A DNA stretch of 62,954 nt, filler included, from Saprolegnia diclina VS20 (lineage: Eukaryota): NCBI RefSeq assembly GCF_000281045.1. It is 5 parts of 4 records of this genome, joined end to end, with 100 filler letters (N's around TTAATTAATTAA, not from the genome) between each part and the next. Parts side by side here need not be neighbours in the genome. Positions count along the whole stretch, not along the records: positions 1 to 16,838 come from NW_008246204.1; positions 16,939 to 42,589 come from NW_008246205.1; 3 more parts are not named here. One strand, 5' to 3'. The stretch's first letter is position 1, and each line of letters begins with the position of its first letter. The notes under the pieces were generated by a model. It was not told the DNA's origin and did not search any database. It saw nothing but the letters and a program-made list of their open reading frames with translations. Both the position numbers and the translations under genes were made by a program. Positions 11,161-22,261 of the stretch are shown piece by piece.

Positions 11161-11176
11161 GCAAATGCAGGAATGC
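11161..11176 (-). promoter_or_regulatory. INR/FPR-like core promoter of the MBL gene
   Basis: GCATTCC-TG-CATTTGC about 18 nt upstream of the ATG; conserved in the second copy at 12288-12303. Confidence 0.55.
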
Positions 11177-12320
11177 GGTGTTGGGCACTTTGGTTACCAT
11201 ACTTGTTGTCGCTGAGTCGCGAGCCGTAGGTTCCCCACCGCTCACCTGAAGGCCGTGAAAAGCATCGTTCAAATGAAGACTCGGTTGAACGTATTGGGAG
11301 CGCCAGTCTTCCGTCGTCGTCACGGGAAGGAATGTCTCTGGCTTGGAGACGGTGTGCAATTTTGTGTGACTGCTACAGCGGGTGACATTGTCTCCGACTT
11401 TATGCGTGAAGGAGAACAGCCTTACGATACTCTGATGAGCTGTTGCTCTGTTACTCTCGTGTCTCGGCCAAGCCAAAGCACCAAGCTGGATCCAAAACAA
11501 CGAGCTCGACGAACGCTATGTGTATACTTCGGTAGTCACAGACCAGCCTCTGTTACCGAGTCAACAATAGCTACCTCGGGACGAGTTGATGCGAAGGAAA
11601 CTTATGGAGTGCATTGTGTGTATCGGGATTCGAGGTACTTGATAACTCACTGCACACTAAGTACACACTTTGTCGCAAGACAACACGACGTCCATCGACA
11701 AGATCGATATTGGCATCGGAAACCCACTATGACGACAGACATGAAAGACCTCGGCTAAAAGACCAACCGGTGTGGATGCCCTAAGGGCATCCACACACGT
11801 AAGGCCCTAAGATCTTGACTATTCAACGCAGTATCTTGGTGTTCACAAACTACTCTCGTTCTTGATAATCTCGCTGAGAGTCATGGACTCGACTTCTCAC
11901 GGCGAAGCTCTTTCAGGCGTCGACGCTTCGTCTCTTGTCCGGATACAATGGCCGTGTATGGTGTATCACACAATGACATTGAAGAGCCGGCCAGATCTTA
12001 CAGTAGTGATTGAAGACGTCAGATCTTATTCCTAGCAGACCAGAAAGTACTGAGCTATCCAACACCGTTCTACGTCACTCTCCGCCCGTAAAGCCTTCTC
12101 AAGGGTCCCTACCATCGACGCTTGCATTGATCTTCTCTCCTTCGACCGCTGCTTCGACCGTTCGGGTTTGCTCGTCTTCAATGTGACAGGGTCGTTCGAA
12201 CATATGTTGTCGCACGTCTTCCTTTGAACGACTGGAATCATCGACGACGAGTGTGTCGCGCGGCTTCAGCGATCGGCTCCCAACACCGCATTCCTGCATT
12301 TGCTCGACACCAAACACATC

Positions 12321-13469
12321 ATGAACCCCCTCACTGCTCTGCTCACCTTGATGGCGGCCGCCGCCACCTCCGCCACGACCTACTGCGGCGACTCGGCCCT
12401 CAAGCTCACCTCGTACAACCCCGGTGCTTCTGCCATCTTCCCCGTCTCGTCCGTGCTCGTNNNNNNNNNNNNNNNNNNNNNNNNNNNNNNNNNNNNNNNN
12501 NNNNNNNNNNNNNNNNNNNNNNNNNNNNNNNNNNNNNNNNNNNNNNNNNNNNNNNNNNNNGGACGCCATCCTCGTCAACGCGCAGTTTGGCAAGTCCCAG
12601 GCGCAGGCCGTCGTCGACCTCGTCAAGGCCAGCGGCAAGCACCTCACGACCATCTACGTGAGCCACGGCGACCCCGACTACTACTTTGGCCTCGACACGA
12701 TCCGCACTGCGTTCCCGGACGCTGCCATCGTGGCTACGGCGCCCGTCGTCGAGCACATCAAGGAGACGGTTGACGCCAAGCTCAAGGCGTGGGCCAAGGA
12801 TCTCGGTGCGGACGCGCCGGCCAAGACCATCATCCCGGACGTCTTGAAGACTGACAAGCTCACGCTTGAAGGCCACTCGCTCGAGATCCGTGGTCCCGCG
12901 GCCCGCAGCTATGTCTGGATCGACGACCTCAAGGCCGTCGTCGGCGGTGTCTTGATCGAGAACAACATCCACGCGTTCATGGCGGACACGCAGACGCCCG
13001 AGTCGCACACCGAGTGGCTCAACGCGTTGACGGAGATCCAAGCGCTCAAGCCCAGCGTCATCGTGCCGGGCCACGCGATNNNNNNNNNNNNNNNNNNNNN
13101 NNNNNNNNNNNNNNNNNNNNNNNNNNNNNNNNNNNNNNNNNNNNNNNNNNNNNNNNNNNNNNNNNNNNNNNNNNNNNNNGGGCGCCGAAACGTGGCTATT
13201 TCTGGCAATATCGAGTTATTTATGGCACATGCCACAAACAAATGGGCTCGTTGGTCATCGCTCCGTGGACAGCGCTGTAGTCCTGTATCAGTGATGCTGC
13301 ACCCGCGTTCACGGCCAAGTACATTCGCGACTTTGACATGGAGACGACCAAGGCCAAGAACAGCACGGACCTTATTGCGGCCATGACGGCGTTGTACCCC
13401 AAGGCTGGCAGCGTCATCAGTCTCCAGATCAGCGCGCAGGTCGCCAAGGGCGAGATGCCGTGGCCGTAA
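12321..13469 (+). CDS. Second (inverted) copy of the MBL-fold hydrolase; gapped and apparently interrupted
   Basis: Same protein with several substitutions, two 100-N gaps and about 115 nt of foreign sequence (13180-13298) before PAFTAKYIRDF...GEMPWP* resumes. Confidence 0.75.
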
Positions 13470-13696
13470 GCTTCTAGCGACTAGAACGATCTGCCACTAA
13501 ATAGAGTTGTCGAAGGCGACAACCTTTACTCAGTTTATCCTACATATAATATCGTCTTGGTACTAGTATCGCATTGAAGCGGCGCGTCAGTCGATGACGC
13601 TACGCTTACGTACTTGCGGTGATCATGCGATCGCGCTTACTCCAGGCTTCGAATGCTCGCGCCTTGGTCGATCGAGCGATACCAGCAGAGCTCAAA

Positions 13697-13822
13697 ATGC
13701 CTCGCGGTTGCAAGCTACCTATGGTTCCATTTACGTCGCTCTCGGCAGCGGCGCTCGAGGCACTCAAGTCGCGCGACGAGACGACGCTCTTTGTCGCGCT
13801 GGTGTGTCCGTGGGCGCACCGC
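13697..13822 (+). CDS. GST subtype D, N-terminus (rest in 948-N gap)
   Basis: MPRGCKLPMVPFTSLSAAALEALKSRDETTLFVALVCPWAHR aligns with the N-termini of subtypes A and C; CPWAHR active-site motif. Confidence 0.75.
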
Positions 13823-15072
13823 NNNNNNNNNNNNNNNNNNNNNNNNNNNNNNNNNNNNNNNNNNNNNNNNNNNNNNNNNNNNNNNNNNNNNNNNNNNNNN
13901 NNNNNNNNNNNNNNNNNNNNNNNNNNNNNNNNNNNNNNNNNNNNNNNNNNNNNNNNNNNNNNNNNNNNNNNNNNNNNNNNNNNNNNNNNNNNNNNNNNNN
14001 NNNNNNNNNNNNNNNNNNNNNNNNNNNNNNNNNNNNNNNNNNNNNNNNNNNNNNNNNNNNNNNNNNNNNNNNNNNNNNNNNNNNNNNNNNNNNNNNNNNN
14101 NNNNNNNNNNNNNNNNNNNNNNNNNNNNNNNNNNNNNNNNNNNNNNNNNNNNNNNNNNNNNNNNNNNNNNNNNNNNNNNNNNNNNNNNNNNNNNNNNNNN
14201 NNNNNNNNNNNNNNNNNNNNNNNNNNNNNNNNNNNNNNNNNNNNNNNNNNNNNNNNNNNNNNNNNNNNNNNNNNNNNNNNNNNNNNNNNNNNNNNNNNNN
14301 NNNNNNNNNNNNNNNNNNNNNNNNNNNNNNNNNNNNNNNNNNNNNNNNNNNNNNNNNNNNNNNNNNNNNNNNNNNNNNNNNNNNNNNNNNNNNNNNNNNN
14401 NNNNNNNNNNNNNNNNNNNNNNNNNNNNNNNNNNNNNNNNNNNNNNNNNNNNNNNNNNNNNNNNNNNNNNNNNNNNNNNNNNNNNNNNNNNNNNNNNNNN
14501 NNNNNNNNNNNNNNNNNNNNNNNNNNNNNNNNNNNNNNNNNNNNNNNNNNNNNNNNNNNNNNNNNNNNNNNNNNNNNNNNNNNNNNNNNNNNNNNNNNNN
14601 NNNNNNNNNNNNNNNNNNNNNNNNNNNNNNNNNNNNNNNNNNNNNNNNNNNNNNNNNNNNNNNNNNNNNNNNNNNNNNNNNNNNNNNNNNNNNNNNNNNN
14701 NNNNNNNNNNNNNNNNNNNNNNNNNNNNNNNNNNNNNNNNNNNNNNNNNNNNNNNNNNNNNNNNNNNNNNGAATCGAATGTCATTGCTATAATACTATGG
14801 AACCTGGTGGCCTTGCCAGTGCGCCTCCAAGCCAGTGCTACGCAACCAACGCCAAATATGATAGATTGGGCGTCTGATCTCCAGGAGGAAACTCCTTCTG
14901 CACGGCTGCCCACGACAAGGGCGGACTGAATCTGGGATGTCGATGCTAATTGCAGAAACACCAAAGTGACTTGCTCCGATTTTTCAGAAAAATCGACTCA
15001 ATTACAAACCGAAACCGTTGAGGCCCCAACGCGCTCCCCAACGAAGTCCTCCAACGGGCACCGACACAATGG

Positions 15073-16800
15073 GTGCATGCCCTCAAGATGGTGGTTATGC
15101 ACCGCCTCCATGATCACTCGACGTTGACGCTGGCGCAGTGTCGGGGCACGACGATCTTGCTCCACAAGAAGGGCGCCCAAGACCGGGCAGCAGGCAACTA
15201 CCGGCCCATCAACCTCATTAACACAGTCGTGAAGATGCTGGCCAAGGTCTTGGCCAACCGCGTGCAGCCGTGTGCCGACTGGCTCGTTCATTCGGACCAG
15301 AACGGATTCATCCACGGTCGCTTGATTGTCAATGCGGCTCGACGACATGCTCGCGTACTGCAAGGACCACGCGCCGACGGCGCTCATCGCCCTTTTGGAC
15401 TTTGAAGCCGCGTCTGCCGCTCGTACCTCGCAAGGCTGCTGCCTCGCCTTGGCTTGCCGCTGCCCTTCGTCGACACGGTCCGCTCGGGCCGCCAGTCGCG
15501 GCAACTGGTCAACGGCAGCTTCTCGCGCGCGCTCGACATCGGCCGAAGAGTCCTGCAGGGGGATCCGCAGTCGCCGCTTCTTTTCGTCCTCGCCCTGGAG
15601 CCACTTTGCGATTTGCTGCGCAGTCGATCGGACCTCGATGTCCAGGTCAACGGTGTGATGCACGTAGCCAGCTGCTTCGCGGACGACACGCAGCTGATTG
15701 CGCGTGTTGAACCAGCACTCCACGCTCAACTTGCTCTGGTGAAACGATTCTGTGTGGTCTCGGGCTTTCGCTTCAACCGCCACAAGACGGAGCTTCTCAC
15801 GTACGCTCCGGTCTCGCGGGCTTCTCGTGGTACAGTCGACGCATCCAATGAAAGCCCTCGGTATTTTGGTCGCGCCGAACCTCGGCCCCCACGCTCGATT
15901 TGACTACGCCCTCGCCACGCTCGCCGACCGACTTCGGCTCTGGTCGTACATGCTCAACGCGCTAGTCGGCAAAATCGTCATTTTGCGCACACTCTGTCTG
16001 CCCCTCATTGGTACCAAGACATCGCGTTCTCCCCTCGTCGCCTTGGAGGCATGAGCCTCGTCCGGGCGCGCCACCGCGCTGGCATGTTGCGGGTCGCCCA
16101 AGCCGTGCAGTAACCGTCCGACTCGCGTCCAGCATGGATCTCGCCAGGATGGTCACTCGTCTCGCTCCAATATGCGCCGTGGGGCGACCTTCAAGATTTG
16201 CTACATGGCGACCCCGAGCACCCCGTCGTTCAGGCCGTCCTCAAGTCGGCTCGCATTCCTCTCCGATGGCGCTTTTTGCTCACGTTGTGGATGGAGATGC
16301 GGTACTCGGTTTACCAAGAGGGGGCGACATGTCAGCTGACGCCGCATGACCAACCACTGTGGCACAACACGTCTCTCCCATGCGCCGTCGCGCTGCGCCC
16401 TCTGACTGAGCTACGCGACGACCCACGCCCGCAACATGGCCCGAGCTTGCTTTACCCACGTCTCACACGTCCGAAGGGCCAGTCAGTCCTTCGAGGTCTT
16501 CACACGCCGCGCCCACTCCCGCTGCACAGCTCATGAGCCACCAGTGCGCCCGCCGACTGCCGTCTTTGGCAATGGTACGGGCAACCACCGGACTCGATCA
16601 AGGACTGGCACGCGACCCCGTAGCCGAATCCGGAACGCCTCAATGGCGTATGAATTTTGCCGGCAGGGTGCAGCTGCTGGCTACTGCGACGACACGCCTC
16701 GCCGCTTGCGCCAGACGCGCCCGTCGTGACACTGCGATCACGTTTTCGCCTTGTAAAACGCTTGAGTGGGGCAATAGACGACTCGATTGACCGCTAGCCA
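15073..16800 (+). mobile_element. Degenerate non-LTR retrotransposon (L1/Tx1-like reverse transcriptase)
   Basis: ILLHKKG..NYRPINLINTVVKMLAKVLANR, DQNGFIHGR, LLDFEAA, VLQGDPQSPLLFVLALEPL and FADD spread over several frames. The 3' boundary is approximate. Confidence 0.88.
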
Positions 16801-16838
16801 TTAGGAGTGGCGTGGCGAGTTAGGATCGACAAAGCTAA

Positions 16839-16938
16839 NNNNNNNNNNNNNNNNNNNNNNNNNNNNNNNNNNNNNNNNNNNNTTAATTAATTAANNNNNN
16901 NNNNNNNNNNNNNNNNNNNNNNNNNNNNNNNNNNNNNN
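16839..16938. other. Artificial contig linker N44-TTAATTAATTAA-N44
   Basis: Six-frame stop spacer flanked by 44 N on each side. Confidence 0.97.
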
Positions 16939-17384
16939 TCGGTGCGCTTGGCCGGGATGCTTGACGTCGTCTCCGAGGTGCGCTGAAGCACGCGCGGGGG
17001 CGATCCCCCCGTCGAGCTGCTGTCATGGGCGCGCTTCATCATCCTAGGACATGATCCGTGAGATCGCATGGACGAGACAGCGCAAGACGTACGCCATGCT
17101 CGTGAGGTCCGCGGCCTGCAACGTGAAAAGCAAAATGGGTCGTTTCACAACTGCGTTCGACTAACGAAGCGACTAGACTAACTCCACGCAACTTCAACCC
17201 GAGTTGCGTCTGACTGTCGTCGTATACCACGACATTGTTCGCACATGATACGCCATGACTTCACCAAAACTGGTACCTCGCATATGGACATTCTTCGGGT
17301 GCATGAGCCTTGCGCTTGGGTGTACGAGAGTGCTGTCGTTGTAGTTAGTCGTTTGGCGCGACTTGAATAGATTGTGGGATGTAT

Positions 17385-17650
17385 TCATTCCAAATTGGCC
17401 AATCACCGCCCACTTGCCGTGGCTCATTTGCCAAGAACAGCGTTTGATTGGCGCAACTGATACTCTTTTCAGCCAATCCCACACACGATGCTACATGCCA
17501 TTGATACGTACTAGTAGGAGGGAGGGTAGGGTATATATCCCTTGCGTATCACGGACATCATGCTCGCTTGGCGACGAGGACATTAGCCCCTGCGTAAGCG
17601 CTCCTTCTGCGGCAAACGACTGTGAGATCGACGTCGAGGAGCGCGTCTTC
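17385..17650 (+). pseudogene. Degenerate duplicate of the THOC5 promoter and 5' exons
   Basis: CCAATCACCGC..AAGAACAGCGTTTGATTGG..CCAATCCCACA and CATGCTCGCTTG.CGAC.AGGACATTAGCCC recur at 19167-19510. Confidence 0.6.
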
Positions 17651-19283
17651 TTGGTATTGCCGCCTGCCTGAAAAGGTTCCCTTTGGTTGATCTTGTCGAG
17701 CGAGGAATCCATGCCGGCGGCCTAGAGTGCGATAGAGACCGCAACACGCAACCAATGGTCGACACTGGCTCGCATGTCCACCACATTACTGACACCACCG
17801 CAGTGAGCGCCAGGAGGCAAGTGTCTTTCTCGTAGTTGGCGCTGCAGAGGGATCTCCCAGCCATGCATTCAACAGCAAGAGCATGCCTATGGCGAGTGAC
17901 CAATGTCTTCTCTGGCGCCAAGCACGCGCGTCGTTTGTGTTGAGAAAAGAGTTAAATGTATTAGTTGGTTAAGTATGAAAGCACTACTAGTACGTAGTTC
18001 TTGTGTCGAGGTCCTCGATCGTGCTGGACATGCCGCCGAAGAGGTTCGGAGCAGGACAAGACATCCAAGCCGTATGCGACGGCCGGGCGCATTCTTGGCT
18101 TTGTTGTAGCGGTACTTGGTCGGCGGTTCTACAGATTACGGTCAGTTGCACTCGCTACGCGCCAAATGAACGTCCCATCACCGGCGGTCCCGAATCGCTC
18201 GGCCCGTATCTAATACCATTTGAACCAAGAAGCGCACGAACCAAAACACAGTTGGTGTACCGTTGGTCACCAGCTTCGTAGATGGCGACGAGCGTCTGCC
18301 ACCTATCGCTGGTCAGCTTGCAACGGAGCACGGTCTCGACGCTCTTCCGGGGTTGTTGCCAAAGTCGGTCGGCGACGCGGTGTCGGGAAGCTTCGCCTTC
18401 GCGATGCGCTTCGAGATCGCATGGAGATGGCGGTGCTGAACCTTGCCATGGGCAGACTGGTGGCGCAGCTTGAGCATGAGGTCGGTCTGCGTCGTAGTGT
18501 CCTTGGTGCGGCGGAGGTTGAGGCATGTAACCCTGCAGTATCGCGCGCTTGGCCGAGCGCTTGGCCGAGGTGCTCGGTGCAAGCGCCGAGATGCGCCGAA
18601 TCGCTTGCGGTGGAGATTCCCCCGCCGAGGTGTTGTCGCAGGTACGCTTCGAGCCCTAGGACATGAGAACGATGAGCACGTCCGGACGAGACAACACACG
18701 ACGTACTCCGAACTTGGGGTTTGTTGCGCTTGGTCGTCGTTGTCATACACGTCGCGATGGAGCCGGGTGGACTCACACCTTGCTCCCATCGCCGTGGTCC
18801 TGACAATGGCGTCAATTCTACCATTTCAGCGAATGAGCACTATAGGACCCACTCGCAGCGGGTCGACTTGCAACTCGAAAGTTGCGCATGGTGCTCGTGG
18901 CACCCGGTGCTACGACGACGGTACCCCCATCTTGTCATCCGCAAAGTTCGCGAGAGCGACGTCGTTGATGGACGCGCGCGAAAATCTTTGGCCCGGAAGC
19001 ATGTTGCGAATTAGCGCTGTCGGTGTCGGCGTACTCACGAGTGGGTTCTGCAACGCGAAAGGCAACGTGGCCGCTTCTTCAACCACGGCCGACTATAGTT
19101 GATTGACCCACTTCTTCAACCGCGTCCGACTATAGTACCTCGTGGAAGCGACTGACTCCAAATGCGCCAATCACCGCGTTCATTTTTTGGCTTATTTGCC
19201 AATCACAGGCCATTAAGAACAGCGTTTGATTGGTGCAAAATATATTCTTTTCAACCAATCCCACATACGCTTCTACTTACACC

Positions 19284-21638
19284 ATGGACCGTCAGAGCCC
19301 GTCGACGTCGGTGGGCCAGCTCAAGGCAGCGAGCCAGGAGCTCCGTACCCTCCTGCCCAAGCTCATCGACGCAAATGACAGCGTAATGATCTGTGGTGCT
19401 GCCACGTATCTCAGACCTCATGCTCGCTTGTCGACTAGGACATTAGCCCTCGCGTGGCCCGAGCGCTCCTCCTGCTGCAGAAGATCAAGAGCTCGACGCG
19501 CGATACCTTCCTCGAGACCGAGGCTTGGCGCAAGCGCGTGGCCGACCAAAAGGATCTCGTCGAAGCGCACCACCTCAAGCTCCAGAACCTCATGTACGAG
19601 AAGGACCACTTGCTGCGCGAAATCAAGCGCTGCCGCGGCTTCCCGTACGTAGTGAAGTACGATCTGCGTCCAGCTCAACCAGCGATCTGTGCTAGAATGA
19701 AGGAGATGGACAAGATCGAGTTCCCGGAAGGCCAGCTGCCCGTGACGGGCGACCCCGACATGCATGCCGAGCACCTTCTCCGCTTGGAAACCGAGAAGGA
19801 AGCCCGCGAAGAGTACACTTCCTCAACGCTTCTGCCTGTTCCAACATTGACTATGTAGAGTCCAAGAGCAACAGCGCCAGCTGCACGCCAAGGTTGCAAC
19901 TCTCGACGAAGCCGTCGTCGAGAAGCGAGCTTTCTTGGAGTCGCTGCCTGCCGAGATCGCCGCGATCGAAAAGGTACGTTCTGGTTGCCCACAGCGTCCT
20001 AACTCTCCAACAGGCAAGCGAGCCGCTCCAAGCTCTGCTCTCGATCCCAGTGACAACGATGGACGTCACGCGCCAGCACGACGCCAAGGAACTTCCGTCG
20101 GCGCTCTACACGCTCTACTGCGAGCTCGAAGCCTACACGCAGGCCATGGGTAGCGCCCACTACTCTAGCGTCGTGCTCATGCTACCTCTGTAGGTGCGGG
20201 GTCCATGCGGCTGCGCATCGCGCCGGCCCAAGCGACGTCGTCGTCCTCGACCAAGGTCAGCTCGCGCGGCGTCCGTGGTATGTACATCGGTTCCATGTGC
20301 CTCGTACACTATTTAAAGTGCTTAGAACGGACGACGCCGGTGCCCGAGGTGGACGAACGCGCGTCCAAGCGCCAAAAGACAGCGCCGCTCGTGTCTCGGT
20401 CGCCGTCGCCGGCCGTAGCGTCACCGGCACCCGCGTCCGCAGCTTCAACTAGCTCGGCCGTCGTGCAGTCGGCGGAAGCCTACAGCGTCGCACCCAAGGC
20501 CGTCGAGCTCGAGGTACGTTTCTTCTCCACTCTACAAGCACTCTAACCCTTGTTGATGGTAGCTTTTGCCACCGACAGGGTCGTCGGCGTCGCCGTTGAG
20601 CGTTCGCTTTATCTATCTTCCGGTGCTCGGTATCGTCACCGTCGAGGTACTGACGCTTGGTATACGAAGCGCACTACGTTGTATTAGACGCCGGCGTATC
20701 CGCACCTGCTGCACAACCTGTTCGCTAAAGACGCGGGCGACGTGCAGCCCAACGTCGCTGCTTCGTACGCCCTTGTAACCGAAGACGGCCACGAAGTCGA
20801 CATGGACTTTCCCGCCGATGCGCCCGCGCGGCCCTATCTCTGGGCGCAATGGATCTGCGGACTCGCCTTCCAGCGTCGGTCCGAGCCCACGCGTCCTGAG
20901 CCTTCTATCCGCTGCGTTTTGACCACGGTACTTGCGACGACATGCAGCGAAATCAACTAGTTCTATCTTATTGGTAGCTTGCCGAGCGCTACGAGAGTCG
21001 TGTCGCGCTGCTGGCGCTCTCGGATTGTCTCGCGGCGCGACGTGTCGAGGCGCATGCGTCGCTGGCGGCGGTGTTGCCCAAGGCGCGCAAGACGACGCTA
21101 CTCAAGTGGACGGCAAACGTGCGGCCGACCGACGCCTTTGCGACGTTACACGCTGAGAACAGCTACTTTCGCGCCGTCCTCGAACACGACCGCTGTACGA
21201 ATTGAGACGCTATCTGAAGCGACGACTCATGGGTCCTAGGCCGCGTCAACGTGTTTGTGGAGGTGACGCCGGCGTACCCGCAAGTGCCGCCCGTGGTCGT
21301 CTGCGAAAGCGAGCGACGGGCCAACGTGCCGACCGCCGACCAGCTCAAGGTACTACGGCAGTCTTGTAACCTTGATTAGGACTTTTGGGTGGGATGTAGG
21401 ACATGGCGCTCGAGGTGCGTCTCGCGAGCAAAACGTGGCGCGCACCGGAGGCCAAGCCGTGGCTGCTCATGCACCAGATCATGACGCTCATGGTAGACGA
21501 CTTGGTTGATGTACGATTGCAAAAGGTTGATGGAACATTGACTCGTAGATGTGTCTCGACGAGGTGCATGCCAAGGGCGACAAGTACGCGTTTGGCTCCA
21601 AGCGCGCAGAGGCGGTGTTGTCCGACGACACTGCGTAA
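19284..21638 (+). CDS. THOC5: THO complex subunit 5 (FMIP-like), multi-exon
   Basis: HLKLQNLMYEKDHLLREIKRCRGF, LLRLETE, LPSALYTLY and RPYLWAQWICGL motifs; many short GT-AG introns; last exon ends ...SDDTA*. Confidence 0.85.
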
Positions 21639-22261
21639 AGCAAAAGAACTTCAACTACATACGAATACACTCTTCCGCTGATTGAACGTGCTACGATGGT
21701 GTGAGAAATGTCCGCTTTGGGCGCTGATGGCCTCGCCAAAGCGACTTCGTGTCGGAAGCTCCACTGGCCGTTCACACTGCTCGGACACCGGATACCAGCT
21801 AGAGATGTCAAGGACTGCGATACCTACTGGGCTAACATCTTCAATGTCTCGCCTGAATCTGAGCTGCTTCGCACGCGCATCGCGTATCTTGACGCCGCTT
21901 CTGAGATTGCATTGGCCAAGATCCAGCTACGGTCATCACAAAACAAGCAGCTGCGACGATGGACCACAGCTTCATCTTCCATCGACCCTTGCACCACCTC
22001 CTCAACTACTGGGAACCACACGTGGAGTTGTCGCCTCGTTTCATTGTCTATGCGTGCAGTCGTCAAAGACGCGTACATTAGGTCTGACATCTTAAGATAA
22101 CCCGTGGTTAACAGACACTCGTCGCCACAACCGTAGCCCGTTTTGAGACCGCTAAAATGTTACCAGCGGCAGTAGCGTTGCCATCGTGATTGGCTCGCTG
22201 CGGCAGTTGGAGAGGACCAGAAACCGCTTGATGGCCTGCTGTGAGCATTGTTTCTTTCACC

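Noticed and set aside
10235..11215. Long antisense ORFs over MBL, GST, RRS1 (34473-35738) and other genes
   Set aside because: Shadow frames caused by high GC3 codon bias; no recognisable motifs.
13594..14964. ORFs of 379-452 aa spanning the large gap
   Set aside because: Composed mostly of X from the N run.
16883..16894. Palindromic TTAATTAATTAA recurring four times as a possible biological motif or piggyBac TTAA site
   Set aside because: Always centred in exactly 44+44 N; it is a six-frame-stop assembly spacer.
18150..19100. Overlapping ORFs upstream of THOC5, and the short ORFs at 21708-22100 and 33444-33689
   Set aside because: No recognisable motif or consistent exon structure; cannot be supported as genes.
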